Below, in pieces: positions 19,231 to 28,369 of a stretch of 64,000 nucleotides of DNA. The stretch spans positions 432,236 to 496,235 of the forward strand of contig CP066685.1 in the NCBI GenBank assembly GCA_016432345.1. Reading direction: 5' to 3'. The stretch is from Candidatus Levyibacteriota bacterium. Lineage in GTDB: Bacteria > Patescibacteriota > Microgenomatia > Levybacterales > UBA12049. Position 1 is the first letter of the stretch. Each line of letters begins with the position of its first letter. The notes under the pieces were generated by a model, which worked only from the letters and a program-made list of their open reading frames with translations, was not told where the DNA came from and searched no databases. The position numbers were made by a program, and so were the translations under genes.

Positions 19231-20216
19231 GCAAACAAAATAACATCCAAAAAGTACTCATAACAGGAATTAGCGGTTCAGGTGGCAGCTACCTGGCCGA
19301 ATATATAGTGAATAATCATCCAAAAGTTTCGGTGCATGGAATTTCCCGCTGGCACTCAACCACAGTAGATAATTTAAGTTTAGTCCATAAAAAAGTTACT
19401 GTTCACGAAGCAGATTTAATGGATATGGGTTCCATAATTGAGGTTTTGCAAAAAGTAAAGCCTGATGCTATTTTTCATTTAGCAGCTCATGCAAACGTTA
19501 GAGCATCATTTATTACTCCCATTGCAGTATTAAATAACAATATCATCGGCACTGCTAATCTTTTTGAGGCGATTCGATTAGGCAATAATTATCCTATTAT
19601 CCAACTTTGCTCTACATCAGAAGTCTATGGACAAGTAGATCCCAAGTTTGTCCCTATTAAAGAAGATACACCAATTAAACCAGCTAGTCCCTATGCTGTG
19701 TCAAAAACAACTCAAGATTTATTGGGATGGAGTTATTTTGTAAGTTATAAGATGCCAATTATTCGTACGCGCATGTTTGCATATGTAAATCCACGTAGAG
19801 CGGATTTATTTGCCTCTGCTTTTGCCAAACAAGTAGCTTGGATCGAAGAGGGTTTGCAAGAAAAGCTCGTTCATGGAAATTTGGATTCTGTCCGAACATT
19901 TATCGATGTGCGAGATGCTATGAGAGCGTATTGGGAAGCAATAGCGCACTGCGAACCAGGAGAGGTTTATAATATTGGAGGTACAACCACGATGACAGTA
20001 GGTGAATTCCTAAAAAAATTAATCTCAATGGCTAAAGTTCCTATTCCAACTATTCTTGATCCTAACTTACTTCGTCCGGCTGATGTTACACTTCAAATTC
20101 CTTCTGTTGAAAAATTCATTAAGAAAACTGGTTGGAAACCTATTTATTCTTTTGAAGAGAGTATAAGCGAATTGTTTTCCTACTGGAGGGAGCAAGCAAA
20201 AAAGCAAAAAAAATGA
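19227..20216 (+). CDS. GDP-mannose 4,6-dehydratase / GDP-4-keto-6-deoxymannose reductase (Gmd/Rmd)-like SDR
   Basis: VLITGISGSGGSYLAEY, CSTSEVYG, YAVSK, and the C-terminal LRPADVTLQIPSVEKFIKKTGWKP typical of the Gmd/Rmd clade. Confidence 0.65.
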   Translation: MSKQNNIQKVLITGISGSGGSYLAEYIVNNHPKVSVHGISRWHSTTVDNLSLVHKKVTVHEADLMDMGSIIEVLQKVKPDAIFHLAAHANVRASFITPIAVLNNNIIGTANLFEAIRLGNNYPIIQLCSTSEVYGQVDPKFVPIKEDTPIKPASPYAVSKTTQDLLGWSYFVSYKMPIIRTRMFAYVNPRRADLFASAFAKQVAWIEEGLQEKLVHGNLDSVRTFIDVRDAMRAYWEAIAHCEPGEVYNIGGTTTMTVGEFLKKLISMAKVPIPTILDPNLLRPADVTLQIPSVEKFIKKTGWKPIYSFEESISELFSYWREQAKKQKK

Positions 20217-21151
20217 ATGCAAAAATTTACCGTTCGTTATATAGAATTAGACGCGTAGAAGAAGAGATCGGAAAAGTCTACCCAACTGATAAAATCAAAA
20301 GCCCAGTACATCTTTCAATTGGACAGGAAGCTGTATCGGTAGGGGTTTGTCTTGCTTTAGACTCTCAAGATATAGTTTTCGGCACTTACCGCGGCCATGC
20401 GCTTTACTTAGCAAAGGGTGGAAATTTAAAGAAAATGATTGCAGAACTCTACGGAAAAGCCACAGGTTGCGCTAAAGGAAAAGGAGGCTCAATGCATCTT
20501 ATTGATGTAGCAGCAGGCGTAATGGGAGAATCTGCTATTGTGGGAACAACTATTCCGCAGGCTGTTGGGTATGCCTATGCTTTAAAAATTAAGAGAAGTA
20601 GTAGCGTTGTGGTAAGTTTTTTTGGTGATGGAGCAGTGGAGGAGGGAGTTTTTCATGAAAGTATGAATTTTGCTGCACTTAAAAAACTTCCTATTATATT
20701 TATCTGTGAAAATAACTTTTATGCCATTCATACCCATCAAATGAAAAGGCAGGCAAATCCAAAAATTTGGGAAAGAGTAAAATCATACGGAATATCTTCA
20801 GAGCGAATAGTTGGTAACGATCTTTTCAAAATATACCAACATGTTGGTAATGCTGTTAAGGCTTTACGATCTGGAAAATTAGGTCCAATTTTCTTTGAAT
20901 GCACAACTTATCGGCTAAAGGAGCATGTAGGTCCAAATGAGGATTACTATTTAGGATATAGAACAAGGGAGGAGGCAGAACCTTGGTTAAAAAATGATCC
21001 TCTCCAAAAACTAGCCTTGCTTATTAAATCAAAAAACCGTCAAGAGATTGAAAAAGAAGTAGAAAAAGAAATTGTTGAGGCTTTTGCATATGCCGAAAAA
21101 AGTCCGTTTCCAAAAGGTTCTGAATTATTTACAGAGGTTTTTAAAGACTAA
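20213..21151 (+). CDS. TPP-dependent 2-oxoacid dehydrogenase E1 alpha-like subunit
   Basis: The TPP motif GDG-X26-NN (GDGAVEEGVFHESMNFAALKKLPIIFICENN, nt 20624-20716), and YRGHA and MHL upstream. Confidence 0.8.
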   Translation: MNAKIYRSLYRIRRVEEEIGKVYPTDKIKSPVHLSIGQEAVSVGVCLALDSQDIVFGTYRGHALYLAKGGNLKKMIAELYGKATGCAKGKGGSMHLIDVAAGVMGESAIVGTTIPQAVGYAYALKIKRSSSVVVSFFGDGAVEEGVFHESMNFAALKKLPIIFICENNFYAIHTHQMKRQANPKIWERVKSYGISSERIVGNDLFKIYQHVGNAVKALRSGKLGPIFFECTTYRLKEHVGPNEDYYLGYRTREEAEPWLKNDPLQKLALLIKSKNRQEIEKEVEKEIVEAFAYAEKSPFPKGSELFTEVFKD

Positions 21152-21152
21152 T

Positions 21153-22199
21153 ATGAAACGAAATCTAACTTATGTAGAAGCAATACGTGAGGCAAGCGAT
21201 CAAGAAATGGATCGAGATAAATCCGTGATTGTATTTGGTTTGGATGTAGATGATCCAAAAGCAATACAGGGCACAACCGAGGGACTTTTGAGAAAATATG
21301 GTGCAGAAAGAGTTTTTGGTACTCCACTTTCTGAAGATGCTATGACAGGCGCAGCGATAGGCATGGCGCTTGCGGGTTTTAGACCAATCCATATTCATAT
21401 CCGAATGGATTTTATTCTTCTTGCAATGAATCAGTTGATTAATATTGCCGCCAAATACAACTATATGTATGGAGGACAAATCAACATACCTTTAGTTGTG
21501 CGTTCCATGATAGGAAAAAGCTGGGGTCAGGGCGCACAACATTCCCAAAGTTTATACTCATTTTTTATGCATGTCCCGGGCTTAAAAGTGGTTGCGCCCA
21601 CAACTCCATATGATGCCAAGGGTTGTCTTATTACAGCTATAAGAGACAATAATCCTGTAATCTATATTGAACATCGTATTCTACATTTTCAAAAGGGTTA
21701 TGTTCCGAAGAAGTTATATACCGTTCCTTCAGGCAAAGCAAGAATTACCGTTAAAGGTAAAGATATTACTCTTGTTGGTATTTCCTATATGCAGATTGAG
21801 TGTCAGAGAGCCGCACGTTATCTTGAAGGTGCAGGAATTAAGGCAGAAGTTATAGATCCAATCTGGTTATCGCCATTAGATATTGATACAATCGTTGCAT
21901 CTGTTAATAAAACTGGCAGATTAATTGTTGTGGATAATGATTGGACAACTTGTGGGGCAGGCAGTGAGATTGTCTCTATGGTTTTAGAAAAATTACAAGG
22001 AAAAAGAGTTATAAAAGTCCGTCGTTTAGGTTTTGCTCCTGTAACTTGCCCTCCGACTCCGCCACTTGAAAAACTTTTTTACCCTGATGGACGTGGTATT
22101 GCATCAGTTGCTTTTGATTTAGTTAAAGGTGGACAAAGCAAGTGGGTTCCAGATGAGCAAATAGATCTTAAAGAAATTGAATTTAAAGGACCTTTTTAA
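21153..22199 (+). CDS. TPP-dependent 2-oxoacid dehydrogenase E1 beta-like subunit
   Basis: LTYVEAIREA...VFGLDV...GTPLSEDAMTGAAIGMALAGFRPI is a transketolase-like pyrimidine-binding domain. The ATG at 21153 lies 1 nt after the alpha stop. Confidence 0.8.
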   Translation: MKRNLTYVEAIREASDQEMDRDKSVIVFGLDVDDPKAIQGTTEGLLRKYGAERVFGTPLSEDAMTGAAIGMALAGFRPIHIHIRMDFILLAMNQLINIAAKYNYMYGGQINIPLVVRSMIGKSWGQGAQHSQSLYSFFMHVPGLKVVAPTTPYDAKGCLITAIRDNNPVIYIEHRILHFQKGYVPKKLYTVPSGKARITVKGKDITLVGISYMQIECQRAARYLEGAGIKAEVIDPIWLSPLDIDTIVASVNKTGRLIVVDNDWTTCGAGSEIVSMVLEKLQGKRVIKVRRLGFAPVTCPPTPPLEKLFYPDGRGIASVAFDLVKGGQSKWVPDEQIDLKEIEFKGPF

Positions 22200-23377
22200 T
22201 GAAAAATTTAGATCTACCTTTAATGAAAGATAATATCACTCGGGAAGATTTGGATACCCTTATCGAGTTTTTGAAACAGGAAGATCCGATGTTGACTCAA
22301 GGAAAAAATGTTTTAGAGTTTGAAAGGGAATGGTCAAAATGGCTGGGAGCTAAATATAGTGTGTTTGTTAATTCGGGTTCATCAGCTAATTTAATTACTT
22401 TGTCTGCTTTAAGGGAATCTGTGGGATTAGGCGAAATAATTGTTCCTCCCTTAACTTGGGTGTCGGATATCGCATCGGTAATACAGTGCGGTTTTAAACC
22501 TATCTTTGCAGATATAAATCTGAAAACACTTGGAATGGATACTGATAAAATACTTGAAAAAATTACACCTTATACTAAGGCTGTTTTTATAACTCATATA
22601 TTAGGATTTAATGCCTTAACTCAAAAATTATTAGATGAGTTAAAGAAAAGAAATATTCCTTTAATTGAGGATGCGTGCGAATCGCATGGAGCAACCTTTA
22701 ATGGTAAGAAAGTTGGAACCTTCGGCTTAATGTCTAATTTTTCTTTCTACTATGCGCATCACATGAGCACTATTGAAGGGGGTATGGTTTCAACAAATGA
22801 TAGTAAATTATATGAAATGCTAAGAATGTTTCGAGCACATGGTATGGTAAGAGAATCTATTGCAAATAGATTGAAACAAAGTTACTATAAAAAATATTCT
22901 GACTTAAACCCTGATTTTATTTTTGCTTTTCCAGCTTTTAATGTTCGCTCCACTGAAATTAGCGCGGTTTTGGGACGTGCTCAAATTAAAAAATTAGATA
23001 GTAATAATAAAATTCGTTCTGAAAATTTTAGAATTTTTTTAGAAAATTTAGATAAAAAGATTTTTTATACTGATTTTGATATTACAGGCAGTTCCAATTA
23101 TGCCTTTATTCTAATTTTGAAAAATCCTGATATGAAACTTTGTAAAAGAATAATGACAACTCTTCATAAGTTTGGTATTGAATTTCGCAGAGGTACTTCT
23201 GGTGGGGGGAATCAACTTAGGCAGCCATACCTTAAAAAGATTGTTGGTGAAAAAGAGCATGAAAAATATCCAAATGTAGAACATATCCATTTTTATGGAT
23301 TTTATATTGGTAACTATCCAACGCTCGACAAGGAAAAAATTTTAAAGCTTTGTGCCATTTTAAATAATATAAAATGA
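22199..23377 (+). CDS. ColD-like PMP-dependent nucleotide-sugar 3-dehydratase (DegT/EryC1 family)
   Basis: 392 aa with VNSGSSANLITLSAL. The PLP-Lys position is occupied by His-His (FSFYYAHHMSTIEGG, codons 187-188). It has no CxC iron-sulfur motif, unlike 7352-8656. Confidence 0.65.
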   Translation: MKNLDLPLMKDNITREDLDTLIEFLKQEDPMLTQGKNVLEFEREWSKWLGAKYSVFVNSGSSANLITLSALRESVGLGEIIVPPLTWVSDIASVIQCGFKPIFADINLKTLGMDTDKILEKITPYTKAVFITHILGFNALTQKLLDELKKRNIPLIEDACESHGATFNGKKVGTFGLMSNFSFYYAHHMSTIEGGMVSTNDSKLYEMLRMFRAHGMVRESIANRLKQSYYKKYSDLNPDFIFAFPAFNVRSTEISAVLGRAQIKKLDSNNKIRSENFRIFLENLDKKIFYTDFDITGSSNYAFILILKNPDMKLCKRIMTTLHKFGIEFRRGTSGGGNQLRQPYLKKIVGEKEHEKYPNVEHIHFYGFYIGNYPTLDKEKILKLCAILNNIK

Positions 23378-24318
23378 AAACAAAAGTTGTAATTTGCGGC
23401 GCGAGTGGTTTTATTGGTAGAAATATAGCCGAAAAACTGGCAGAAAGAGACGATTTAGAAGTCTTTGGGACATATTTTAAAAATAAACCAGCCTTGCTTT
23501 CCAAAAAAATTAAGCTTATTCAAGCTGATTTAACTAAGATTAAAGATGTAGACAAGGTAATTATGGGGAAAGATATTATTATTCAGGCCTCTGCAGTAAC
23601 TTCCGGATCCAAAGATATTGTCACAAAACCTTATATGCATGTTACTGACAATGCAGTTATGAACAGTCTTATTTTTAGAAGCGCTTTTGAAAATAAACTA
23701 AAACATGTCGTTTTTTTTAGCTGTACAGTTATGTATCCAAATATTGATAGACCAGTAAAAGAAGAAGATTTTAACTATCAAATAACAGATAAGTATTTTG
23801 GTGTTGGCTGGACGAAAGTTTACTTAGAAAAGATGTGCGAGTTTTTCTCTAAAATTTCCAAAACTAAATATACAGCAATTAGACATTCCAATATTTATGG
23901 CCCATTCGATAAGTACGACTTAGAGCACTCACACGTCTTTGGAGCCACTATCACAAAGATCATGACAGCTAAAGACAAAATTGTAGTATGGGGAGACGGA
24001 TCTGAAGCCAGAGATTTATTATATGTGTCAGATCTGGTAGATTTTGTAGAATTGATACTTAAGCACCAAAAAACTCCCTTCGAACTGGTCAATGTCGGAT
24101 TTGGTTCTGCTGTTTCGGTTGCAAATTTAGTTAAGAAGATTATTGAAGTCTCGGGTAAAAAAATAAAAATTGAATTTGATATATCAAAACCTACTATTAA
24201 GTTTAGCCTTTCTTTAAATCTTGATAAAGCTAAGAAGGTGTATAATTGGAAACCGAAGGTAACTATTGAAGAAGGTATTAAAAAAACAATTAGTTGGTAT
24301 CAACAAAATATTTCATGA
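23374..24318 (+). CDS. NAD(P)-dependent nucleotide-sugar epimerase/reductase (extended SDR)
   Basis: VVICGASGFIGRNIAEKL and YLEK (YxxxK context VGWTKVYLEKM). ATGA overlaps at both ends. Confidence 0.7.
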   Translation: MKTKVVICGASGFIGRNIAEKLAERDDLEVFGTYFKNKPALLSKKIKLIQADLTKIKDVDKVIMGKDIIIQASAVTSGSKDIVTKPYMHVTDNAVMNSLIFRSAFENKLKHVVFFSCTVMYPNIDRPVKEEDFNYQITDKYFGVGWTKVYLEKMCEFFSKISKTKYTAIRHSNIYGPFDKYDLEHSHVFGATITKIMTAKDKIVVWGDGSEARDLLYVSDLVDFVELILKHQKTPFELVNVGFGSAVSVANLVKKIIEVSGKKIKIEFDISKPTIKFSLSLNLDKAKKVYNWKPKVTIEEGIKKTISWYQQNIS

Positions 24319-25298
24319 ATTTTTATAAAGGTAAAAAAGTACTTGTTACAGGTGGGACAGGTTTGATAGGCAGACCATTGGTGGAAATGTTGGTCGAAGC
24401 AGGCGCCAAGGTAGTCGTGGTTTCTCTTGATGACCCCAGTCGGGCGCCCAAAGGCGTCAAATTTATCCGTGCCGATTTGCGGGAGTTTAGCAACTGTATG
24501 CAGGCATGTAAATATCAGGAGATTGTTTTTCATTTGGCAGGAATTAAAGGTTCACCAAAAATGACTGCCCAACAACCTGCCAGTTTTTTTGTTCCCACTA
24601 TTACTTTTAATACTAATATGATGGAGGCAGCAAGAAGGCAAAATCTTAAAAGATTTTTGTATACAAGTACCATTGGGGTATATTCACCAGCTGAAATTTT
24701 CCATGAAGATGATGTCTGGAAAACCTTCCCATCTGTTAATGACCGTTTCGCCGGATGGGCAAAAAGAATGGGTGAACTACAGGCACAGGCATATAAAATC
24801 GAATATGATTGGGATAAAATATCAATAGTCAGGCCGGCCAATGTGTATGGCCCATTTGATAATTTTGATCCTGACACAGCAATGGTTATTCCTTCGCTTA
24901 TCCACAGAGCTCTAAGTGGAGAAAATCCTTTAACAGTCTGGGGTGATGGTTCAGCAATTCGAGATTTTATTTATTCTAAAGATGTAGCCCGCGGCATGAT
25001 GTTAGCTATTGAAAAAGGAATTAATGTTCCTGTAAATTTAGGCAGCGGTGCTGGAGTAACTATCAAAGAGATAGCAGAGGTTATTGCAAAAAATGTACCT
25101 GGCGGACCTATTAAGATTATTTGGGATAAAGATAAGCCTAAAGGAGATGCCAAAAGACTTATGGATATGAAAAGGGCTAAAAAACTATTAGGATTTAAAC
25201 CCATATATTCTTTGGAACAAGGAATAAAAGAAACAATTGCATGGTATCTTAATAATAAAGATCTTCTAAATAAAAGGTATAATGTTTTTCGTGAATAG
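24315..25298 (+). CDS. NAD(P)-dependent nucleotide-sugar epimerase/reductase (extended SDR)
   Basis: KVLVTGGTGLIGRPLVEML and TSTIGVYS. The start at 24315 forms an ATGA overlap with the upstream stop. Confidence 0.7.
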   Translation: MNFYKGKKVLVTGGTGLIGRPLVEMLVEAGAKVVVVSLDDPSRAPKGVKFIRADLREFSNCMQACKYQEIVFHLAGIKGSPKMTAQQPASFFVPTITFNTNMMEAARRQNLKRFLYTSTIGVYSPAEIFHEDDVWKTFPSVNDRFAGWAKRMGELQAQAYKIEYDWDKISIVRPANVYGPFDNFDPDTAMVIPSLIHRALSGENPLTVWGDGSAIRDFIYSKDVARGMMLAIEKGINVPVNLGSGAGVTIKEIAEVIAKNVPGGPIKIIWDKDKPKGDAKRLMDMKRAKKLLGFKPIYSLEQGIKETIAWYLNNKDLLNKRYNVFRE

Positions 25299-26046
25299 CT
25301 TTTTAATTACTGGTACTTCTAGCGGGCTTGGTAAATATCTTTATGCAAATTTAGGCGGAATTTCCTTAAATAGGGAAAAAATTCAAAAAAATGGCGCAGA
25401 GATAATCATTCATTGTGCTTTTAACTCGGAAAATAATCCTAAGGATTCAGATCAATACTATAACGATAATGTTTTATTAACCAAAAGATTGACCAAAATT
25501 CCCCATACAAAGTTTATATTTGTTTCTTCGGTTGATGTATATCCAAAAAATTCAAATAGACATACAGAGAGTGAAATTATAGACATGCATAATGTAGAGA
25601 GTTTATATGCCAAAACAAAACTTTTATCTGAAGATTTAGTCAAAAAGAATTGCCCTAATTTTTTAATTCTAAGATGCAGCGCTCTGTTAGGAAAAGACTC
25701 CAGAAGAAATAGCTTAATTAAAATCATTGAGGAAAAAAAACCTACTCTAACACTTTCTGGCGACTCCATATCCAATTATATTTTGCACGAAGATGTTTTA
25801 AGTTTTATTAAGGCGGCTTCAGAAAAAGATTTACAAGGAATATATAATCTGGCATCCTCTAAAAATATAACTCTAAAACAAGTTACAGATTTAGTTAAGA
25901 AAAAAGTTACTTTTGGAGATTATGTATATAATGTAGGAAACATAGATAATAGTAAAACAGTTTCTATCTCCAAAGTTTTTAAAAAAACTTCACGAGAGAT
26001 AATTACTGAATTCGTTAGCCATAACACAGTAAACCCAACAAGTTGA
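25282..26046 (+). CDS. Short RmlD-like NAD(P)-dependent reductase
   Basis: FLITGTSSGLGKYL, VSSVDVYP and YAKTK (YxxxK). 254 aa. Confidence 0.55.
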   Translation: MFFVNSFLITGTSSGLGKYLYANLGGISLNREKIQKNGAEIIIHCAFNSENNPKDSDQYYNDNVLLTKRLTKIPHTKFIFVSSVDVYPKNSNRHTESEIIDMHNVESLYAKTKLLSEDLVKKNCPNFLILRCSALLGKDSRRNSLIKIIEEKKPTLTLSGDSISNYILHEDVLSFIKAASEKDLQGIYNLASSKNITLKQVTDLVKKKVTFGDYVYNVGNIDNSKTVSISKVFKKTSREIITEFVSHNTVNPTS

Positions 26047-26071
26047 AATAGCTTTTATCTTATAGTATAAT
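26043..26071 (+). promoter_or_regulatory. Sigma70-type promoter TTGAAA-N17-TATAAT, ATG 6 nt downstream (leaderless configuration)
   Basis: -35 at 26043-26048 (overlaps the upstream TGA stop), -10 at 26066-26071, ATG at 26078. Confidence 0.6.
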
Positions 26072-26077
26072 ATAAGC

Positions 26078-27127
26078 ATGCTAGAACGCTTAGCGCAACT
26101 TGGAAGAGCTCTCCAAGCTGCTGGTAATCTTGATATACGTGTTAACAGAAGAGGTTTTCTTAAAGGTGGATTATCGGTTGTAGGTGTATTTACACTGTCT
26201 GGGTGTGAGCCAGCACCTTCTACATCAGCTCCTTCCCAAGCTACTATAGAAATAGGACAACCTGAAATAGAGTTGCGTGATATCACAAGCAGTTTTAATC
26301 ATGAAAATCTTTCTGATCCAGAACCCAGAAGTAAAGTAGTAGAATTAACTGCCTCAATAACGGAAAAACTCCAGTTAAACAGTTTAACAAAAGAACAAAT
26401 GGTTGCATCTATCGTTTGGGTAGAAGATCCCCTTCCACGAGCGCGTGAGAAAGCGCAAAGAAAAAAAACTTCTATAGAGAGTGAGCTTGCAAGAATGAGA
26501 ACGTGGTCTGCTGAGACGGATAATGGCAAAGTATACGTATACATACATGCTTCTACTCTTCAAAAATCTTACTGGGAGTTGCAACCACAATTACACTGGA
26601 ATCCGCTTAAAGAACTCGTGCACGCGCTTGACCATGAATGGAAGCACCTCGAAGTTAGAGAAAGAACAGATGCACGCATGGATACACTCCTTGATCCAGA
26701 GAATGCTTTTTCTGGTAAAGTTATTACTGGCTTTAGAATGAATGGCACTAATGCATCAGAATTTCCGAAATCCGTATATGCCCAGCTTGATGAAGGAATA
26801 ACAGATTATCTTGCCACACAATCAGTACTATCATATTTTGGAGCAGTGGTGAATTCGGCAGATGTTGCAACAATGGTTGATTATTTCCCAATAATTTTTA
26901 AAGAAGCTGGAATTCTTCCACAGACAATACAACAACTGCATCAAGAATCAAAATTTTATGAATTTTTGATTTTGTTAGCCAAAATTAAGGGAGTAGAAGG
27001 GTCTATCATAACTGAGAGGCAACAAGTTCTGGCTGGACTTGCTGTTGTAAATGCACTTGTTAATAACGATAAGCCAACGATAGAAAAATACATTCAAGCT
27101 ATCCGTGAGAATAAAGCTCATCATTAG
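26078..27127 (+). CDS. Predicted secreted lipoprotein with HEXXH motif (function unknown)
   Basis: The N-terminus NRRGFLKGGLSVVGVFTLSGC is Tat-like RR plus a lipobox Cys. HEWKH is at nt 26633-26647. GC is visibly higher than in the neighbours. It has its own TTGAAA-N17-TATAAT promoter. Confidence 0.5.
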   Translation: MLERLAQLGRALQAAGNLDIRVNRRGFLKGGLSVVGVFTLSGCEPAPSTSAPSQATIEIGQPEIELRDITSSFNHENLSDPEPRSKVVELTASITEKLQLNSLTKEQMVASIVWVEDPLPRAREKAQRKKTSIESELARMRTWSAETDNGKVYVYIHASTLQKSYWELQPQLHWNPLKELVHALDHEWKHLEVRERTDARMDTLLDPENAFSGKVITGFRMNGTNASEFPKSVYAQLDEGITDYLATQSVLSYFGAVVNSADVATMVDYFPIIFKEAGILPQTIQQLHQESKFYEFLILLAKIKGVEGSIITERQQVLAGLAVVNALVNNDKPTIEKYIQAIRENKAHH

Positions 27128-27665
27128 TGTGTGTTTTCAAAATTGTGTTTACTGCAGAATATAAGTCATCAACTACAAAATCAGGATTAACTATATTTTC
27201 TTTTTCCACCATCGTTCCATAGCCGGTACGTACCAAAAAGGTAGTTGCTCCCATTTTTTGCCCCAACTCAATATCGATTGCCTTATCGCCAATCACAAAA
27301 CTCTCTTGTGGATTAAAATCATGGTCTTTTAAGGCTTGCTCTATAAGACCTAATTTTGGTTTCCTGCAATGACAATTATCTTCTGCTTTGTGAGGGCAAA
27401 AATAAATACCATCGAGAATAACACCTTCTGCAGCTAGTAAATCTAGCATTCTTTTATGAATTAATTTTAGATCATCAAGATTAAAGTAACCTCTACCAAC
27501 CCCTGCTTGATTAGTTACTACCAGAAGTCCAAATCCCAACTCTCTTAATTTTTTAAGTCCTATGGCTGCATTGGAAATCAGTTCAACTTGGTTATGATGA
27601 GATAAGTAATTGCGTTCTGTAATTATAGTGCCATCGCGGTCAAGTATTACAAATTTTCTTTTCAT
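27099..27665 (-). CDS. gmhB: D,D-heptose 1,7-bisphosphate phosphatase (HAD-IIIA)
   Basis: FVILDRDGTII, VVTNQAGVGRGYF, CPH...CHCRKPKLG and GDKAIDIELG. Confidence 0.8.
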   Translation of the reverse strand: MKRKFVILDRDGTIITERNYLSHHNQVELISNAAIGLKKLRELGFGLLVVTNQAGVGRGYFNLDDLKLIHKRMLDLLAAEGVILDGIYFCPHKAEDNCHCRKPKLGLIEQALKDHDFNPQESFVIGDKAIDIELGQKMGATTFLVRTGYGTMVEKENIVNPDFVVDDLYSAVNTILKTHTNDELYSHG

Positions 27666-28369
27666 ATTGAGCCAAAAAAACTTTGGGCTTCTTGATAAGA
27701 CTTAGGTGTACCAATATCTATAAATTTTCCTTTGGCCTCAAATCCATAAAAATCTTTTCCAATTAATGTTGGAAACAATTCTTTCTCGAATGAGACTGCT
27801 TTATTTTTGGGGATTTTCAAAAGCAGTGGTTTTTTAAATAAATAGATGCCACTGTTGATAAGTCCTGTTCCAACCTTTCCATGTTTTTCTTGAAACGAAG
27901 TAATTTTATTGTTTTTATCCAACACAACCTGTCCGTATCTATCAAGATTAGAGACCCTAGTTAATAAAATTGAAGCTTTAGATTTTTTTTGGAGGTGAAA
28001 TTGCCAAAACTTTTTTAGATCAAAGTCTAAATAAGAATCGCCATTGGTAACTAAAATATCCTCTGTTTTTATAAAAGGTAAAGCTAATCTTATGGCGCCG
28101 GCTGTATCCAATTTTGAATTTTCTTGAGAGTAATAAATGGACAGATTGCCATATGTATTGCCAAATTCTTTTTTGACTTGTTCGCCCAAGTGTCCTGTGC
28201 AAATGATAACTTTCTTAATGCCTGTTTTTTGTAACTTATCTAATATATACTTTAGGAAGGGATAATTTTTTACGGTAGCTAAAACTTTCTGCTTTCTTTT
28301 TATTGCGGAGCTAAGTCTTGTTCCTAATCCTCCTGCTAAAATTGCCGCAGTGATATCTTCTAAATCCAT
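27662..28369 (-). CDS. hddC: Sugar-1-phosphate nucleotidyltransferase, heptose-1-phosphate guanylyltransferase-like
   Basis: ILAGGLGTRL and VTNGDSYLD. 235 aa, overlapping gmhB by 4 nt. Confidence 0.65.
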   Translation of the reverse strand: MDLEDITAAILAGGLGTRLSSAIKRKQKVLATVKNYPFLKYILDKLQKTGIKKVIICTGHLGEQVKKEFGNTYGNLSIYYSQENSKLDTAGAIRLALPFIKTEDILVTNGDSYLDFDLKKFWQFHLQKKSKASILLTRVSNLDRYGQVVLDKNNKITSFQEKHGKVGTGLINSGIYLFKKPLLLKIPKNKAVSFEKELFPTLIGKDFYGFEAKGKFIDIGTPKSYQEAQSFFGSI

